DNA from: a virus
Taxonomy: Duplodnaviria; Caudoviricetes
Direction: 5' to 3' (one strand)
IMG/VR virus record: IMGVR_UViG_3300016662_000085
Span: 1 to 28,334 of that record
Length of the DNA stretch: 28,334 nt
The position numbers and the translations under genes were made by a program. Shown here piece after piece: positions 16,516 through 25,058 of this stretch. The notes under the pieces were generated by a model that was not told the DNA's origin, did not search any database, and saw only the letters and a list, made by a program, of their open reading frames with translations. The stretch's first letter is position 1; each line of letters opens with the position of its first letter.

Positions 16516-16794
16516 ATGGCAAGAAAAAAACATTTAGTAAACAAACAAGCAAAGAAAAAAAGAATTGGTAAATGCAAATTTTGCCCTTGTGATCAATATG
16601 AACTTTTAGATTTACATCGAATAAATGAGGGCGACTCCGGTTATGGTTATACAGAAGCAAATACAATAGTTGTATGTGCGAACTGCCACAGAAAAATTCA
16701 TGCAGGATTCATAAAATTAGATCGACAATATCCAACCATGTCGGGTAATTTAATTTTACATTACTGGATTGATGGACAAGAACATTGGGACTAA
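16516..16794 (+). CDS. HNH-like endonuclease
   Basis: CKFC...LHRI...NTIVVCANCHRKIH; start moved to ATG 16516 (SD AAGGA). Confidence 0.75.
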   Translation: MARKKHLVNKQAKKKRIGKCKFCPCDQYELLDLHRINEGDSGYGYTEANTIVVCANCHRKIHAGFIKLDRQYPTMSGNLILHYWIDGQEHWD

Positions 16795-17050
16795 GCTACA
16801 TAGCTTTATGGAAACTATGCACGAAATGTTCTTAACAATTGCAGTCATTTTATTCATTGTGACAATTTATACAACACTTTTTTTACTTAGCAGACCAAAA
16901 TCATGCGAATGTAAGCAATGCTTAGTCGCCTGCAAGTGTGGCTGCGCTTGTTGTTCAATTGACGGTACATGCAGTCTAAAAGGACTTTGTTGTGAAAACT
17001 GCACATGCTGCTACGGATGTGGTATGGCAAATGGAAATTGCATTTGCTAA
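16769..17050 (+). CDS. Membrane-anchored Cys-rich (metallothionein-like) protein
   Basis: One hydrophobic helix, then 17 Cys in the last 48 aa; start uncertain. Confidence 0.65.
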   Translation: MMDKNIGTKLHSFMETMHEMFLTIAVILFIVTIYTTLFLLSRPKSCECKQCLVACKCGCACCSIDGTCSLKGLCCENCTCCYGCGMANGNCIC

Positions 17051-18465
17051 CTCTTAATCTTTTCAATAATTTTACTTGAAGATAAACCTTCTAAAATAGG
17101 TAAACGAACCACCTCTGGCACAATTCCATAACCAACAATTTGATCTATTTTATAATCACCACCTTTTGCAACTACATCAGGCATGACTTCCCTGATTAGT
17201 CTTTCAGGTGTTTGTTCATTAAATGGAACAACAAAATCAACATATTCACAAGCCTGCAAAGCTGCCATTCTTTGCTCTAACGGCAATACTGGTCTTCCCG
17301 GCTTCAAAGCAGAAACACTTTCATCAGTATTCACGGCTACCATGAGTTTATCTCCATGACTTTTTGCCGCTTTAAATGAATGCAAATGCCCAGCATGAAG
17401 AATATCAAAACAGCCATTTGTCATGACAAGTTTATAGTCTCGTTTGGCAAAGAAATTTTTGGGATTATGAATGAATTTCGCTGCTACTGGATCAATGCTT
17501 TTGTTAATCTCATAATGACTTAAAGGCTTATTGTGTTTATTTCGCACATAAATCAAACCAGCTTCGAACGCTATCTCAACCGCTTTGATTAGATTGAATT
17601 TTCTTGCTAAAGCCATGGCTAAGAAAGCCACAAAACAATCTCCAGCACCAATTACCGATTCAGGTTTGTCTACAAACTTTTTTGGTTTTATTTTCTCAAT
17701 CTTACCATTTTCAAAAATTGTTACACCTTCACCTGATTCAGTAATTACAACAGCACATTCAAGCTCTGAAGACAACATATTACCCGCATCAACTAAAGTA
17801 TTTTTCTTGGTTAACCGAAGTGCTTCATCACGATTAGGTTTAAATACTGTACAACCTTTCCACCGACGAAAATCACCATCTTTAGGATCAACAATCGTGA
17901 TAGGTGCCGTTTCAAATATCCAACTTTGTAAATTATTGAAAATGCCTTTGTCATAATCCGTCAAAATTAAACAATCCAAGTAATTCTTATTCTGATGTAT
18001 GGAATTATAAAGAGATTGAGAAAACTGATTGAGACAATCATTTTTTAAATGATAATCTTTACCTTCAACATCCCATCTAAAAATCGGATAATTTTCTGCG
18101 AAGAATCTTTTCTTGCGAGGGATATCAAATTCTATTTCTTTACAATTTTCAACTGTTAATCCGTGAGTCAAAAAAATATCCCGTGAACTTTGATCCACAA
18201 AAGAAAATAATGGGGCGTTTACATTAAAATTAACAAATTGATAAGCAACATTTGCGGCACCGCCGGGAAAAGATCGTGGTAAATTTTTTGCCGTCTTGGC
18301 AACAGGAATTGGCGATTCTTGTGAAAGCTTTTTTACTGAAACATCGTAATATTCATCAACCATCGCATCGCCTAGAACGGCGATCTTTATTTTTGGTCCG
18401 TGTAAATCATGATTTAGAAAGGTAAGAATGTTTTCCATTGACAATTCTCTCTTGAATAATATCAT
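17047..18465 (-). CDS. hldE: Bifunctional heptose-7-phosphate kinase / heptose-1-phosphate adenylyltransferase
   Basis: VLGDAMVDEY, PGGAANVA, DYDKG, VDPK, KPNRDE, GAGDCF (PfkB domain); TNGCFDILHAGH and KGGDY (nucleotidyltransferase). Start may be ATG 18438. Confidence 0.92.
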   Translation of the reverse strand: MILFKRELSMENILTFLNHDLHGPKIKIAVLGDAMVDEYYDVSVKKLSQESPIPVAKTAKNLPRSFPGGAANVAYQFVNFNVNAPLFSFVDQSSRDIFLTHGLTVENCKEIEFDIPRKKRFFAENYPIFRWDVEGKDYHLKNDCLNQFSQSLYNSIHQNKNYLDCLILTDYDKGIFNNLQSWIFETAPITIVDPKDGDFRRWKGCTVFKPNRDEALRLTKKNTLVDAGNMLSSELECAVVITESGEGVTIFENGKIEKIKPKKFVDKPESVIGAGDCFVAFLAMALARKFNLIKAVEIAFEAGLIYVRNKHNKPLSHYEINKSIDPVAAKFIHNPKNFFAKRDYKLVMTNGCFDILHAGHLHSFKAAKSHGDKLMVAVNTDESVSALKPGRPVLPLEQRMAALQACEYVDFVVPFNEQTPERLIREVMPDVVAKGGDYKIDQIVGYGIVPEVVRLPILEGLSSSKIIEKIKS

Positions 18466-18485
18466 AGAGTTTTCTGGAGGTAATC

Positions 18486-18587
18486 ATGGCACAAATAATT
18501 CTAAGTCTCATGTTTTTTGTAAATAACTTTGGTTTTAAAATGACTGACCCAAAGCCAGAAATTATGACTGTGACGAAGGAATATTGA
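18486..18587 (+). CDS. Possible 33-aa small protein
   Basis: GGAGG SD 5 nt before the ATG; MAQIILSLMFFVNNFGFKMTDPKPEIMTVTKEY; overlaps the thyX 3' end convergently. Confidence 0.35.
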   Translation: MAQIILSLMFFVNNFGFKMTDPKPEIMTVTKEY

Positions 18588-19455
18588 TTCCTAACAATTT
18601 TGCTTTCTCAAGCCATTCTGCTTGTTCACGCTTATTGTTAGTAGCAATCAACGGGACTTCTACTTGCCATGCGTGTTGCTTCATAAAACTCGACAAAGCC
18701 TCTACTTCTAAACGAGTTAATTTAATTGCTCCACGCATCGGATGGTAATCTTCCCATGCTTCAACAGCTACTGGCACGACTTGTCGTAAAAGCTCAATAA
18801 TAGCTTCGGCATAAACTCTAATTTCTTTCTGAGCATGAGAGTCTGCTCTCAAGGCAAGAAAGTGGAAAAGATTATGGAGATCAATTTTCCAATACCACTC
18901 AGTATAAAGATTTAATGGTAAAATCATTCTTGCTTGTTCACGGGACATTCCAGAATCAATCATCTTCATGTAAATTTGATAGGCTTCATTACTTTCATCA
19001 ACGAGTGTGTTTACAAATTCAGTTGCTGTTTCAAAATCAAGCTCTTCTGAGCCGCCTTGTCTATTATTAGAAGATTGTTTTCTAAAATCACAAGCAAATG
19101 GAAAATAAAACTCATCTTTCATAATTGAATAACGAGCTGATATCTCATTATAGCTGCTTGCACGATGACGAATCCATTGCCGTGCGACAAAGATCGGCAT
19201 CATACAATGGAATTTTAAGGTGACCATTTCTAACGGCGTAGTGTGAGAGTGACGAAGAAGATAACGGATCAAACCTTTATCTTCGTTGACGGTTTTAGTT
19301 CCATCCCCGTAGCTTACTCTGGCAGCTTGAACAATTGCATAGTCTGCGGTTTTTCCTTCTGGAACAACTCTTGGCATGACATCAACAAGAGTGACATGAC
19401 CTTTATCAAGGCAGCGAATTGACTTGTTGGCGACCTGATCCATGATATCTGGCAT
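18562..19455 (-). CDS. thyX: Flavin-dependent thymidylate synthase
   Basis: AARVSY, HTTPLE, ARQWIRHRASSYNEISARYS, EQARMILP, HAQKEIR. Start at ATG 19455 (SD AAGGA), downstream of a promoter. Confidence 0.96.
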   Translation of the reverse strand: MPDIMDQVANKSIRCLDKGHVTLVDVMPRVVPEGKTADYAIVQAARVSYGDGTKTVNEDKGLIRYLLRHSHTTPLEMVTLKFHCMMPIFVARQWIRHRASSYNEISARYSIMKDEFYFPFACDFRKQSSNNRQGGSEELDFETATEFVNTLVDESNEAYQIYMKMIDSGMSREQARMILPLNLYTEWYWKIDLHNLFHFLALRADSHAQKEIRVYAEAIIELLRQVVPVAVEAWEDYHPMRGAIKLTRLEVEALSSFMKQHAWQVEVPLIATNNKREQAEWLEKAKLLGINIPSSQS

Positions 19456-19489
19456 GATGATTTCCTTTATGGAGGAAGCAATCAAAAAA

Positions 19490-19517
19490 ATTATAAGAGC
19501 CAGATTTTTTTTGTAAA
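19490..19517 (-). promoter_or_regulatory. Sigma70-like promoter for thyX (TTTACA-16-TATAAT)
   Basis: -35 at 19512-19517, -10 at 19490-19495. Confidence 0.6.
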
Positions 19518-19519
19518 GA

Positions 19520-19681
19520 TTAGTGTTTGTGTTTTCTTTTATGCTTTTTAATTGGACGACCACCAATCATTTCAGGTGCTGATCTTACAAAAGGACCACC
19601 AAATAAAGGCATGGCAAATGTGGCAACAGATGCGGTGCTTGTTCCAACTTCTTGAAGTTTAAGCCATTCTTTGAATGTCAT
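19520..19681 (-). CDS. Small protein (53 aa) with capsid-targeting-like leader and basic tail
   Basis: MTFKEWLKLQEVGT...IKKHKRKHKH; TAATG stop-start overlap with the upstream gene. Confidence 0.75.
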   Translation of the reverse strand: MTFKEWLKLQEVGTSTASVATFAMPLFGGPFVRSAPEMIGGRPIKKHKRKHKH

Positions 19682-20133
19682 TACATACCACCCATAGCAC
19701 CACCAGCAGCGTTTTGAACAGCAGGAGTCCAACCTTTTGTTAAAAAGTCAGTAAGCTGATCTCGATCTAAGTGATACCGTGTTTTATCAGGTTTTTTGCT
19801 TTTGTTTAACATATTGCCAGCTAAATAACTTCTATCGCCTTTACGGGGTACAAGCATAATGTCTGCCCCGTGCTTGGAAAGAGTTCCCGGTACTATTTTC
19901 CACGCAGATGCCTTATAAATTTTTTCGCCCAATCCGAAATGAGTTGAAACCCAAGGCTCACCCTCAAAGACATTTATAATATCGTGCCAAGACAATCCTT
20001 GCTCGTCAGATAATGCATCAAAATAATCTTCCTTATCAGAAGACTTATCTTCTTTGCTGCCTTCACGATTTTTCTCAGGAGAAGGGTCCATCTCTTCTAA
20101 GAACTGTCTAAAAGTAAAAGTTGATTGGTACAT
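19681..20133 (-). CDS. Hypothetical protein with capsid-targeting-like leader
   Basis: MYQSTFTFRQFLEEMD; CATATATA (20139-20146) lies 5 nt before the ATG. Confidence 0.8.
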   Translation of the reverse strand: MYQSTFTFRQFLEEMDPSPEKNREGSKEDKSSDKEDYFDALSDEQGLSWHDIINVFEGEPWVSTHFGLGEKIYKASAWKIVPGTLSKHGADIMLVPRKGDRSYLAGNMLNKSKKPDKTRYHLDRDQLTDFLTKGWTPAVQNAAGGAMGGM

Positions 20134-20160
20134 ATGTGTATATATGATATGAGGACATAT

Positions 20161-20547
20161 ATGAGCAAGAAATTTAGCAATGATTCACCAGCATTTTCAG
20201 AATTCAGGTCTTTGATGGACAAATGGGATCAATTTGTAGAAAGCAAAAAATCGCTTTCTGAACTTATTGATGATCATGGTTTAATCCTATTCTTCAAAAA
20301 AGACAAAGAAATATATGGTGCTCCAGAAGAAAGCCGTTTAATTTTTGCCAAACTCAAAACCGACAAAGAAGACGATCCGATGCAACCCGGTTTTCTCAAA
20401 GAAGCTCAATTTACTGCAATTAAAATATCCAAGTTAAAATCAAATGACGAAGAAGATTCCAAGGAAGTTGTATTTGGCGCAAAAGACATAAAAAAAATTA
20501 AAGTTATTGACCGTGACGAAGCCCTCAAATTACTTGGAAAAAAATGA
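20161..20547 (+). CDS. Hypothetical protein
   Basis: Start chosen at ATG 20161 (SD GAGGA); ATGA overlap with the next gene. Confidence 0.75.
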   Translation: MSKKFSNDSPAFSEFRSLMDKWDQFVESKKSLSELIDDHGLILFFKKDKEIYGAPEESRLIFAKLKTDKEDDPMQPGFLKEAQFTAIKISKLKSNDEEDSKEVVFGAKDIKKIKVIDRDEALKLLGKK

Positions 20548-21218
20548 CTTTACCATTTGAAAAAGACAACGGTTTAAGAAAATACCAATGCTTTTGCTGC
20601 GGATTGGTTTTAACTACTTTTGACGAATATAAAGAACACATCATTGAATCACATGAAGAAGGCAGGGACTATGTCCTTTGTCCGCTGCCTCGTTGTGGTT
20701 GTCCCGTCCGCTGTGTAAGAACTCACTTCAAAGCCAAGCATCCACATGAAAAAAATATTCCCAAAACCGGACAGATGAAGGCTATTATATGGAAAGACCT
20801 TTCCCCGAAAGGCGGCAAGGTAAAAAACAGGAAACCCAAATTCAGGGAAGGATACATGATATCAACCAAAAATGGTGGCAAGGAAATGCATTACCGTTCC
20901 GGCATGGAATGCGAGGTCTATGAATGTTTGGAAGCAATGCCCGAAGTAATCGGATATGAGGTTGAACCTTTCAAGGTTCAATACAGCTTCATGGGAGAAA
21001 TCCATGAATACAACCCTGATCTCAAGGTTATGTTCGATAATGGAAGAGTCGAAATTTGGGAGATCAAACCATCCAGTCAAACAACTTTACCGAGGAATAA
21101 TGCGAAATGGACAGCCTGCAACCAATATTGCCAGCAGAGAGGATTAGGATTTATGGTCTTGACGGAAATAGGGATGGGAAAAATCAAACAAAAAATCAAA
21201 AACTCGAATCAACAATAA
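20544..21218 (+). CDS. C2H2 zinc-finger plus TnsA-N / T4 gp4-like PD-(D/E)xK endonuclease
   Basis: CFCC...HIIESH and CPLPRC...HFKAKH; YRSGME...EPFKVQY...YNPDL...EIKP. Confidence 0.8.
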   Translation: MTLPFEKDNGLRKYQCFCCGLVLTTFDEYKEHIIESHEEGRDYVLCPLPRCGCPVRCVRTHFKAKHPHEKNIPKTGQMKAIIWKDLSPKGGKVKNRKPKFREGYMISTKNGGKEMHYRSGMECEVYECLEAMPEVIGYEVEPFKVQYSFMGEIHEYNPDLKVMFDNGRVEIWEIKPSSQTTLPRNNAKWTACNQYCQQRGLGFMVLTEIGMGKIKQKIKNSNQQ

Positions 21219-21364
21219 AAATTCTTGACGAAAAAATAACCCATCGCTGTTGCTCTAAAGAAAGCGGTGTGCGTTGGCTTCAAGGCGCATATCCACATAT
21301 TGGTGAAATTATTCAAGGAAAAACAGGCATTGAAACAGTACAAAAATTTACACGAATTCTAAAA

Positions 21365-22219
21365 TTAGATATGCAAAATTAAATTGGTTAATTTTTTCCA
21401 ATACTTGTATTCCCAGTAATCATTTTTAATCATTTCCTGACAGTAAAAATGTGGATTTTCTATATCAATTCTAAAATTTCTTTCCCTAATTTGTTCATAC
21501 ATTTTTTTGTATTCATCTGAATGAGAATAAATTTTATTGACATCTGCAACAGCTTTTATGCGGTCAACGACCGTATCGTCCCACTTGAAATGATGCACCT
21601 GAACAAATTCTTTATAAATTGGATAACGCCAAGGATGTCTCCAACCACTAGCCCCATACTGGTTCTTTCCATCTAAATGAACATAATGCTGACCATTTGT
21701 TATTTGCACTGATCCTTTGCAAAGTGCAACCTTATTTGGGCAAGCACGACTCAAAGGATATCTGAAAAAACCTGCTACAGGAAATAATTCCCATAGATTT
21801 GAATCATGTTCAATCTTCGGAAAATCACCATTCAATCCAATCCTGTCGATAAATCCGCCTGTGACATACTTCCAACCATTACTGTCACATTCTTTAATTA
21901 TATTTTGAGGTTCATCCCAATAAACATGAAGTTCATCATCATCAGCAACTAACCACCAGTTTTCAAAAAATTGACTTTTAACTTCATTGTAAAGTCTTGT
22001 TACTTGTTCCCAATCATATGGTCGATGTGTCCTGACAGCATAAATATTAGCGCCATGTTGTTTAGCTATTTCTCTAATTTCATCACAAGTTTGCGTATTG
22101 CTTTTTTCATGTTGATAAATGACAATATATGCTCCGCTTGTCAGGGGAGCATAGTGTTTTAGTTGATGAGCAATAGTATTAGACCTACTGCCTGCTACGG
22201 TAACTAAGATTGGCTTCAC
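21365..22219 (-). CDS. GT-A fold glycosyltransferase (GT2-like)
   Basis: WWLVADDDEL (DxD motif), GGFIDR, GQH, HHFKW. Confidence 0.75.
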   Translation of the reverse strand: MKPILVTVAGSRSNTIAHQLKHYAPLTSGAYIVIYQHEKSNTQTCDEIREIAKQHGANIYAVRTHRPYDWEQVTRLYNEVKSQFFENWWLVADDDELHVYWDEPQNIIKECDSNGWKYVTGGFIDRIGLNGDFPKIEHDSNLWELFPVAGFFRYPLSRACPNKVALCKGSVQITNGQHYVHLDGKNQYGASGWRHPWRYPIYKEFVQVHHFKWDDTVVDRIKAVADVNKIYSHSDEYKKMYEQIRERNFRIDIENPHFYCQEMIKNDYWEYKYWKKLTNLILHI

Positions 22220-22920
22220 TTATTCCTTACCAATTCTGTATATTTATTTGTTTTGCACAGCGTTGTATAAGTTGACAAACACCCACAGTCATATTCCTGT
22301 ATAATTTTTTCATTTACTCTATTTGTTTCATTTTTATCCTTTTGCGGATAGTTTACAGTTCTTAACGCATCATCGTGAGGAATGTGATACAGAAAATGCT
22401 CGATGTTCATAATTACTATTCTTTCTAACCCTCTTTTTTCCATTCGGCGATAAAAGTCTTCGTCATCAAATCCCCATCCACGAATTCTCTCATTATATCC
22501 TTGTATTGCAACAAAGTCTTCTCTTGGAAAAAAACTGAATCCATGAAAGTCATATTTTTTAGGAATAGTGCCACAATAAAATGATTTAGAATTTCTGGAC
22601 CTATAAAATGTTTCTAATAGCTGTTCGTTAATTAACTTGTAATCAATATCAATTTTAACCACATGATCTAAAGAAGCATGGAAAACACCAACATTTAGAC
22701 TGAAAGACATGCAAATAAATGATTCTTCGTCATTCACTCTTACAATTCGGGTTTTTGGATGATGAATTATTTCTGATACTGATTCATCAGTAAAAATAGG
22801 AATCTTACTAGACCAATCAACTATAACAACTTCACCTATATGATGATAATTTATCCATGTCGAAAGGCATGGAATAATACGATCTGTACGATTCATTACT
22901 GGAACGACTATACTGAACAT
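22216..22920 (-). CDS. Glycosyltransferase (GT2 / GT7 C-terminal-like)
   Basis: SIVVPVMNR, VVIVDWSS, KIDID, GYNERIRGWGFDDEDF. Confidence 0.88.
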   Translation of the reverse strand: MFSIVVPVMNRTDRIIPCLSTWINYHHIGEVVIVDWSSKIPIFTDESVSEIIHHPKTRIVRVNDEESFICMSFSLNVGVFHASLDHVVKIDIDYKLINEQLLETFYRSRNSKSFYCGTIPKKYDFHGFSFFPREDFVAIQGYNERIRGWGFDDEDFYRRMEKRGLERIVIMNIEHFLYHIPHDDALRTVNYPQKDKNETNRVNEKIIQEYDCGCLSTYTTLCKTNKYTELVRNK

Positions 22921-23480
22921 CTTTCAATTGCCACTTGGCAACCCAAATAAATAACTTTAATTTTCTTGTTGTATACATTCAAAAATGCGTCAATAGCAAC
23001 ACTTGGGTTTTCTTCCATTCCTTGTGTTTTGTAGTGATAATCATCCATGACCATTATTCCGCCAACTTTCAATAGTTGAAATGATAATATCATGTCATTT
23101 AAAACATCAGTTTGTTCATGTGACCCGTCAACATAAATGAAATCATAATTTATTTGTTTATTTTGTAATCTTAAAAGTGATTCAAAACTTTTGCCGCAAT
23201 AAATGCTAATCCTGTCCAAATAGCCATTTAAGTTTTCATAAAAAGAATCTTCAAGGCTTTTACCATTTTTTTCGTGATATGCTTGATCCCAAAACCAATC
23301 CAAGCAAGTTATGTTACTGCTTGGATCAGTCAAAACATTTTTCAACAACCAAAGACATGACCTTCCTTCATAACTACCGATTTCCATGAAATTAAGATTT
23401 GGCTGTCCTACAAACTTGGAAAGCCAAATATTCCATCGTGGAATATGATAAGAAAACCAGTCTTCAGAAAAAAATGCCAT
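22908..23480 (-). CDS. Class I SAM-dependent methyltransferase (Methyltransf_24-like)
   Basis: MEIGSYEGRS, YDFIYVDGSH, LLKVGGIMVMDDY. Confidence 0.88.
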   Translation of the reverse strand: MAFFSEDWFSYHIPRWNIWLSKFVGQPNLNFMEIGSYEGRSCLWLLKNVLTDPSSNITCLDWFWDQAYHEKNGKSLEDSFYENLNGYLDRISIYCGKSFESLLRLQNKQINYDFIYVDGSHEQTDVLNDMILSFQLLKVGGIMVMDDYHYKTQGMEENPSVAIDAFLNVYNKKIKVIYLGCQVAIERCSV

Positions 23481-24121
23481 TAGAATTTCCTAAAGAATTC
23501 ATCAACAAAGGGAGCAATCTTTGTTGCGGTTTTATGTTTTAAATCTGATAAAGTACCATCGTTTGCAAACCAATAATGATAATATTGCAAAGCATTTGGA
23601 CATGCATTGCCATATTTTTCTTTGAGAGCCTTGAAGTCAATTGGCCCTTCAGAGATATTATTATTGCGACAAAAATCAACCAATGGCCTGATTTGTGATT
23701 CAGAAGGATTAGGGTCATCATTGATGAAGCCGGGCCTGTACATCAAAAAAACAAGACCTTTACGCTCACGCACAGCTTTAGCTTCATTGAAATACCTAGA
23801 ATCTGATATAATTTTATTACTATCTCCACGAAGTGCTATTTCAATCCAAATTTCATCACGGATTTTGCGATAACCATCTCCAATAAATTGGAGGCATTGT
23901 CGAATAGGCAATAAAAAACCGGGCGGCGGCTCAGAAACTCTTTTCCAATTCTCAATAAAATCACGATCTACGCCGAATGCTTGGCAAAAAGTATTTTTGA
24001 CTGCATCGGCAAATGCACTTCTTTCCCATTCATGTTTTTCGTCATTTAGAACTTTGGCCAAATGGTTACAAAACTCATCTTTACCGTTGGCAAGCTGGGC
24101 TGCTACTGCAATCAATTTCAT
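23480..24121 (-). CDS. Deoxynucleoside monophosphate kinase (T4 gp1-like)
   Basis: N-terminal P-loop-like ANGKD, FADAVK, RQCLQFIGD, IISDSRYFNE, SE, NDGT. Confidence 0.8.
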   Translation of the reverse strand: MKLIAVAAQLANGKDEFCNHLAKVLNDEKHEWERSAFADAVKNTFCQAFGVDRDFIENWKRVSEPPPGFLLPIRQCLQFIGDGYRKIRDEIWIEIALRGDSNKIISDSRYFNEAKAVRERKGLVFLMYRPGFINDDPNPSESQIRPLVDFCRNNNISEGPIDFKALKEKYGNACPNALQYYHYWFANDGTLSDLKHKTATKIAPFVDEFFRKF

Positions 24122-24183
24122 AGGATTGTCCTCAATTATACTAAACTATTTTAATAAGAAGATTGTCATAAGGGAATTTCAAA

Positions 24184-24453
24184 ATGTCAAAAAAGCAACC
24201 TTTAGAACAAATTTGTGGAAATTGCTTGCTTTACAACCATGAAAAAAGGGAATGCAAAGTGGCTGTTTTGATCGAAGGAACAGAATATCACATGCCTGTT
24301 AATCCTCGTGATAAATGTCATATGGAACAACTAAATATCCCCGTGCAACAAGTCAGATGGTGGGTTGAAGATGAAAATGGAAATCCAACCGATGGAAATG
24401 GCACAGTAAAAGTTGAATATCCAAAAAATTTCTTTGGCAATGAAAGGAAATAA
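24184..24453 (+). CDS. Hypothetical protein with CxxC
   Basis: CGNC...C...C; SD AAGGGA; TAATG coupling to the next gene. Confidence 0.75.
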   Translation: MSKKQPLEQICGNCLLYNHEKRECKVAVLIEGTEYHMPVNPRDKCHMEQLNIPVQQVRWWVEDENGNPTDGNGTVKVEYPKNFFGNERK

Positions 24454-25058
24454 TGGCTGGCAATTGCAATCCTCCTTATAAATGTGGCACGGGCGGGTGG
24501 TGTGGTTGCAGTTGTGGATGTTGTCTTTTATGTCCTTGCTATACCGAAGTTATATATCATGTAGAAATATCTAATATACCGGGAGCGCCAACTCAGTTCT
24601 GTAATATCATTGACCCATTTACAACCGACATAACCATCACATTTGATGGATGTTTTCTTTACTCTGCACAACTTTATGATATTGGATTTGGTTATTTTAC
24701 AACATTTGGTTCAGGAACGGTAACTATTGATCCAGTTGCAATAGATGATTTTTCCTGTAGCAAAAGCGGCGCATGTACAGTTACAACATGTCTCTACTTA
24801 CCAGAAGAAAGTTATTTTTTTACTGAGCCTGAATCCTTTTCTTTCTCTGTAGAAGATTGTACAGAATTCTCATTTAATATTGGTTGTTCATCTTTTTGTG
24901 AACCTTGCTGCTACATAAGTGGAGTTGATACAACCGATAGTACACTCATAGGACAATGCCAAGGAGCAACCCCGATGCTATCGAGAAAAAAAATTATGAA
25001 ACAAAGAATAAAAAACACAATCCTCTCCCGCATCAAAAAAGTTCATTACAAGCCTTGA
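24453..25058 (+). CDS. Cys-rich hypothetical protein with basic C-terminal tail
   Basis: CGCSCGCCLLCPC near the N-terminus; RKKIMKQRIK tail. Confidence 0.7.
   Translation: MAGNCNPPYKCGTGGWCGCSCGCCLLCPCYTEVIYHVEISNIPGAPTQFCNIIDPFTTDITITFDGCFLYSAQLYDIGFGYFTTFGSGTVTIDPVAIDDFSCSKSGACTVTTCLYLPEESYFFTEPESFSFSVEDCTEFSFNIGCSSFCEPCCYISGVDTTDSTLIGQCQGATPMLSRKKIMKQRIKNTILSRIKKVHYKP

Noticed and set aside
19456-19732. Track starts for thyX (19566) and the small ORF (19732)
   Set aside because: They run through a promoter or overlap neighbouring genes; downstream ATGs at 19455 and 19681 have an SD or stop-start coupling.
20544-21218. Tn7-like transposon
   Set aside because: Only a TnsA-like nuclease domain; no tnsB/C/D and no terminal repeats seen.
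21107-21382. 91-aa plus-strand ORF
   Set aside because: Overlaps the nuclease gene by over 100 nt with no clear start or motif; a shorter gene here cannot be excluded.
22908-23480. Cognate DNA methyltransferase for the BglII-like nuclease
   Set aside because: Lacks DPPY/NPPY/SPPY or PC motifs; resembles small-molecule or glycan methyltransferases and sits with glycosyltransferases.
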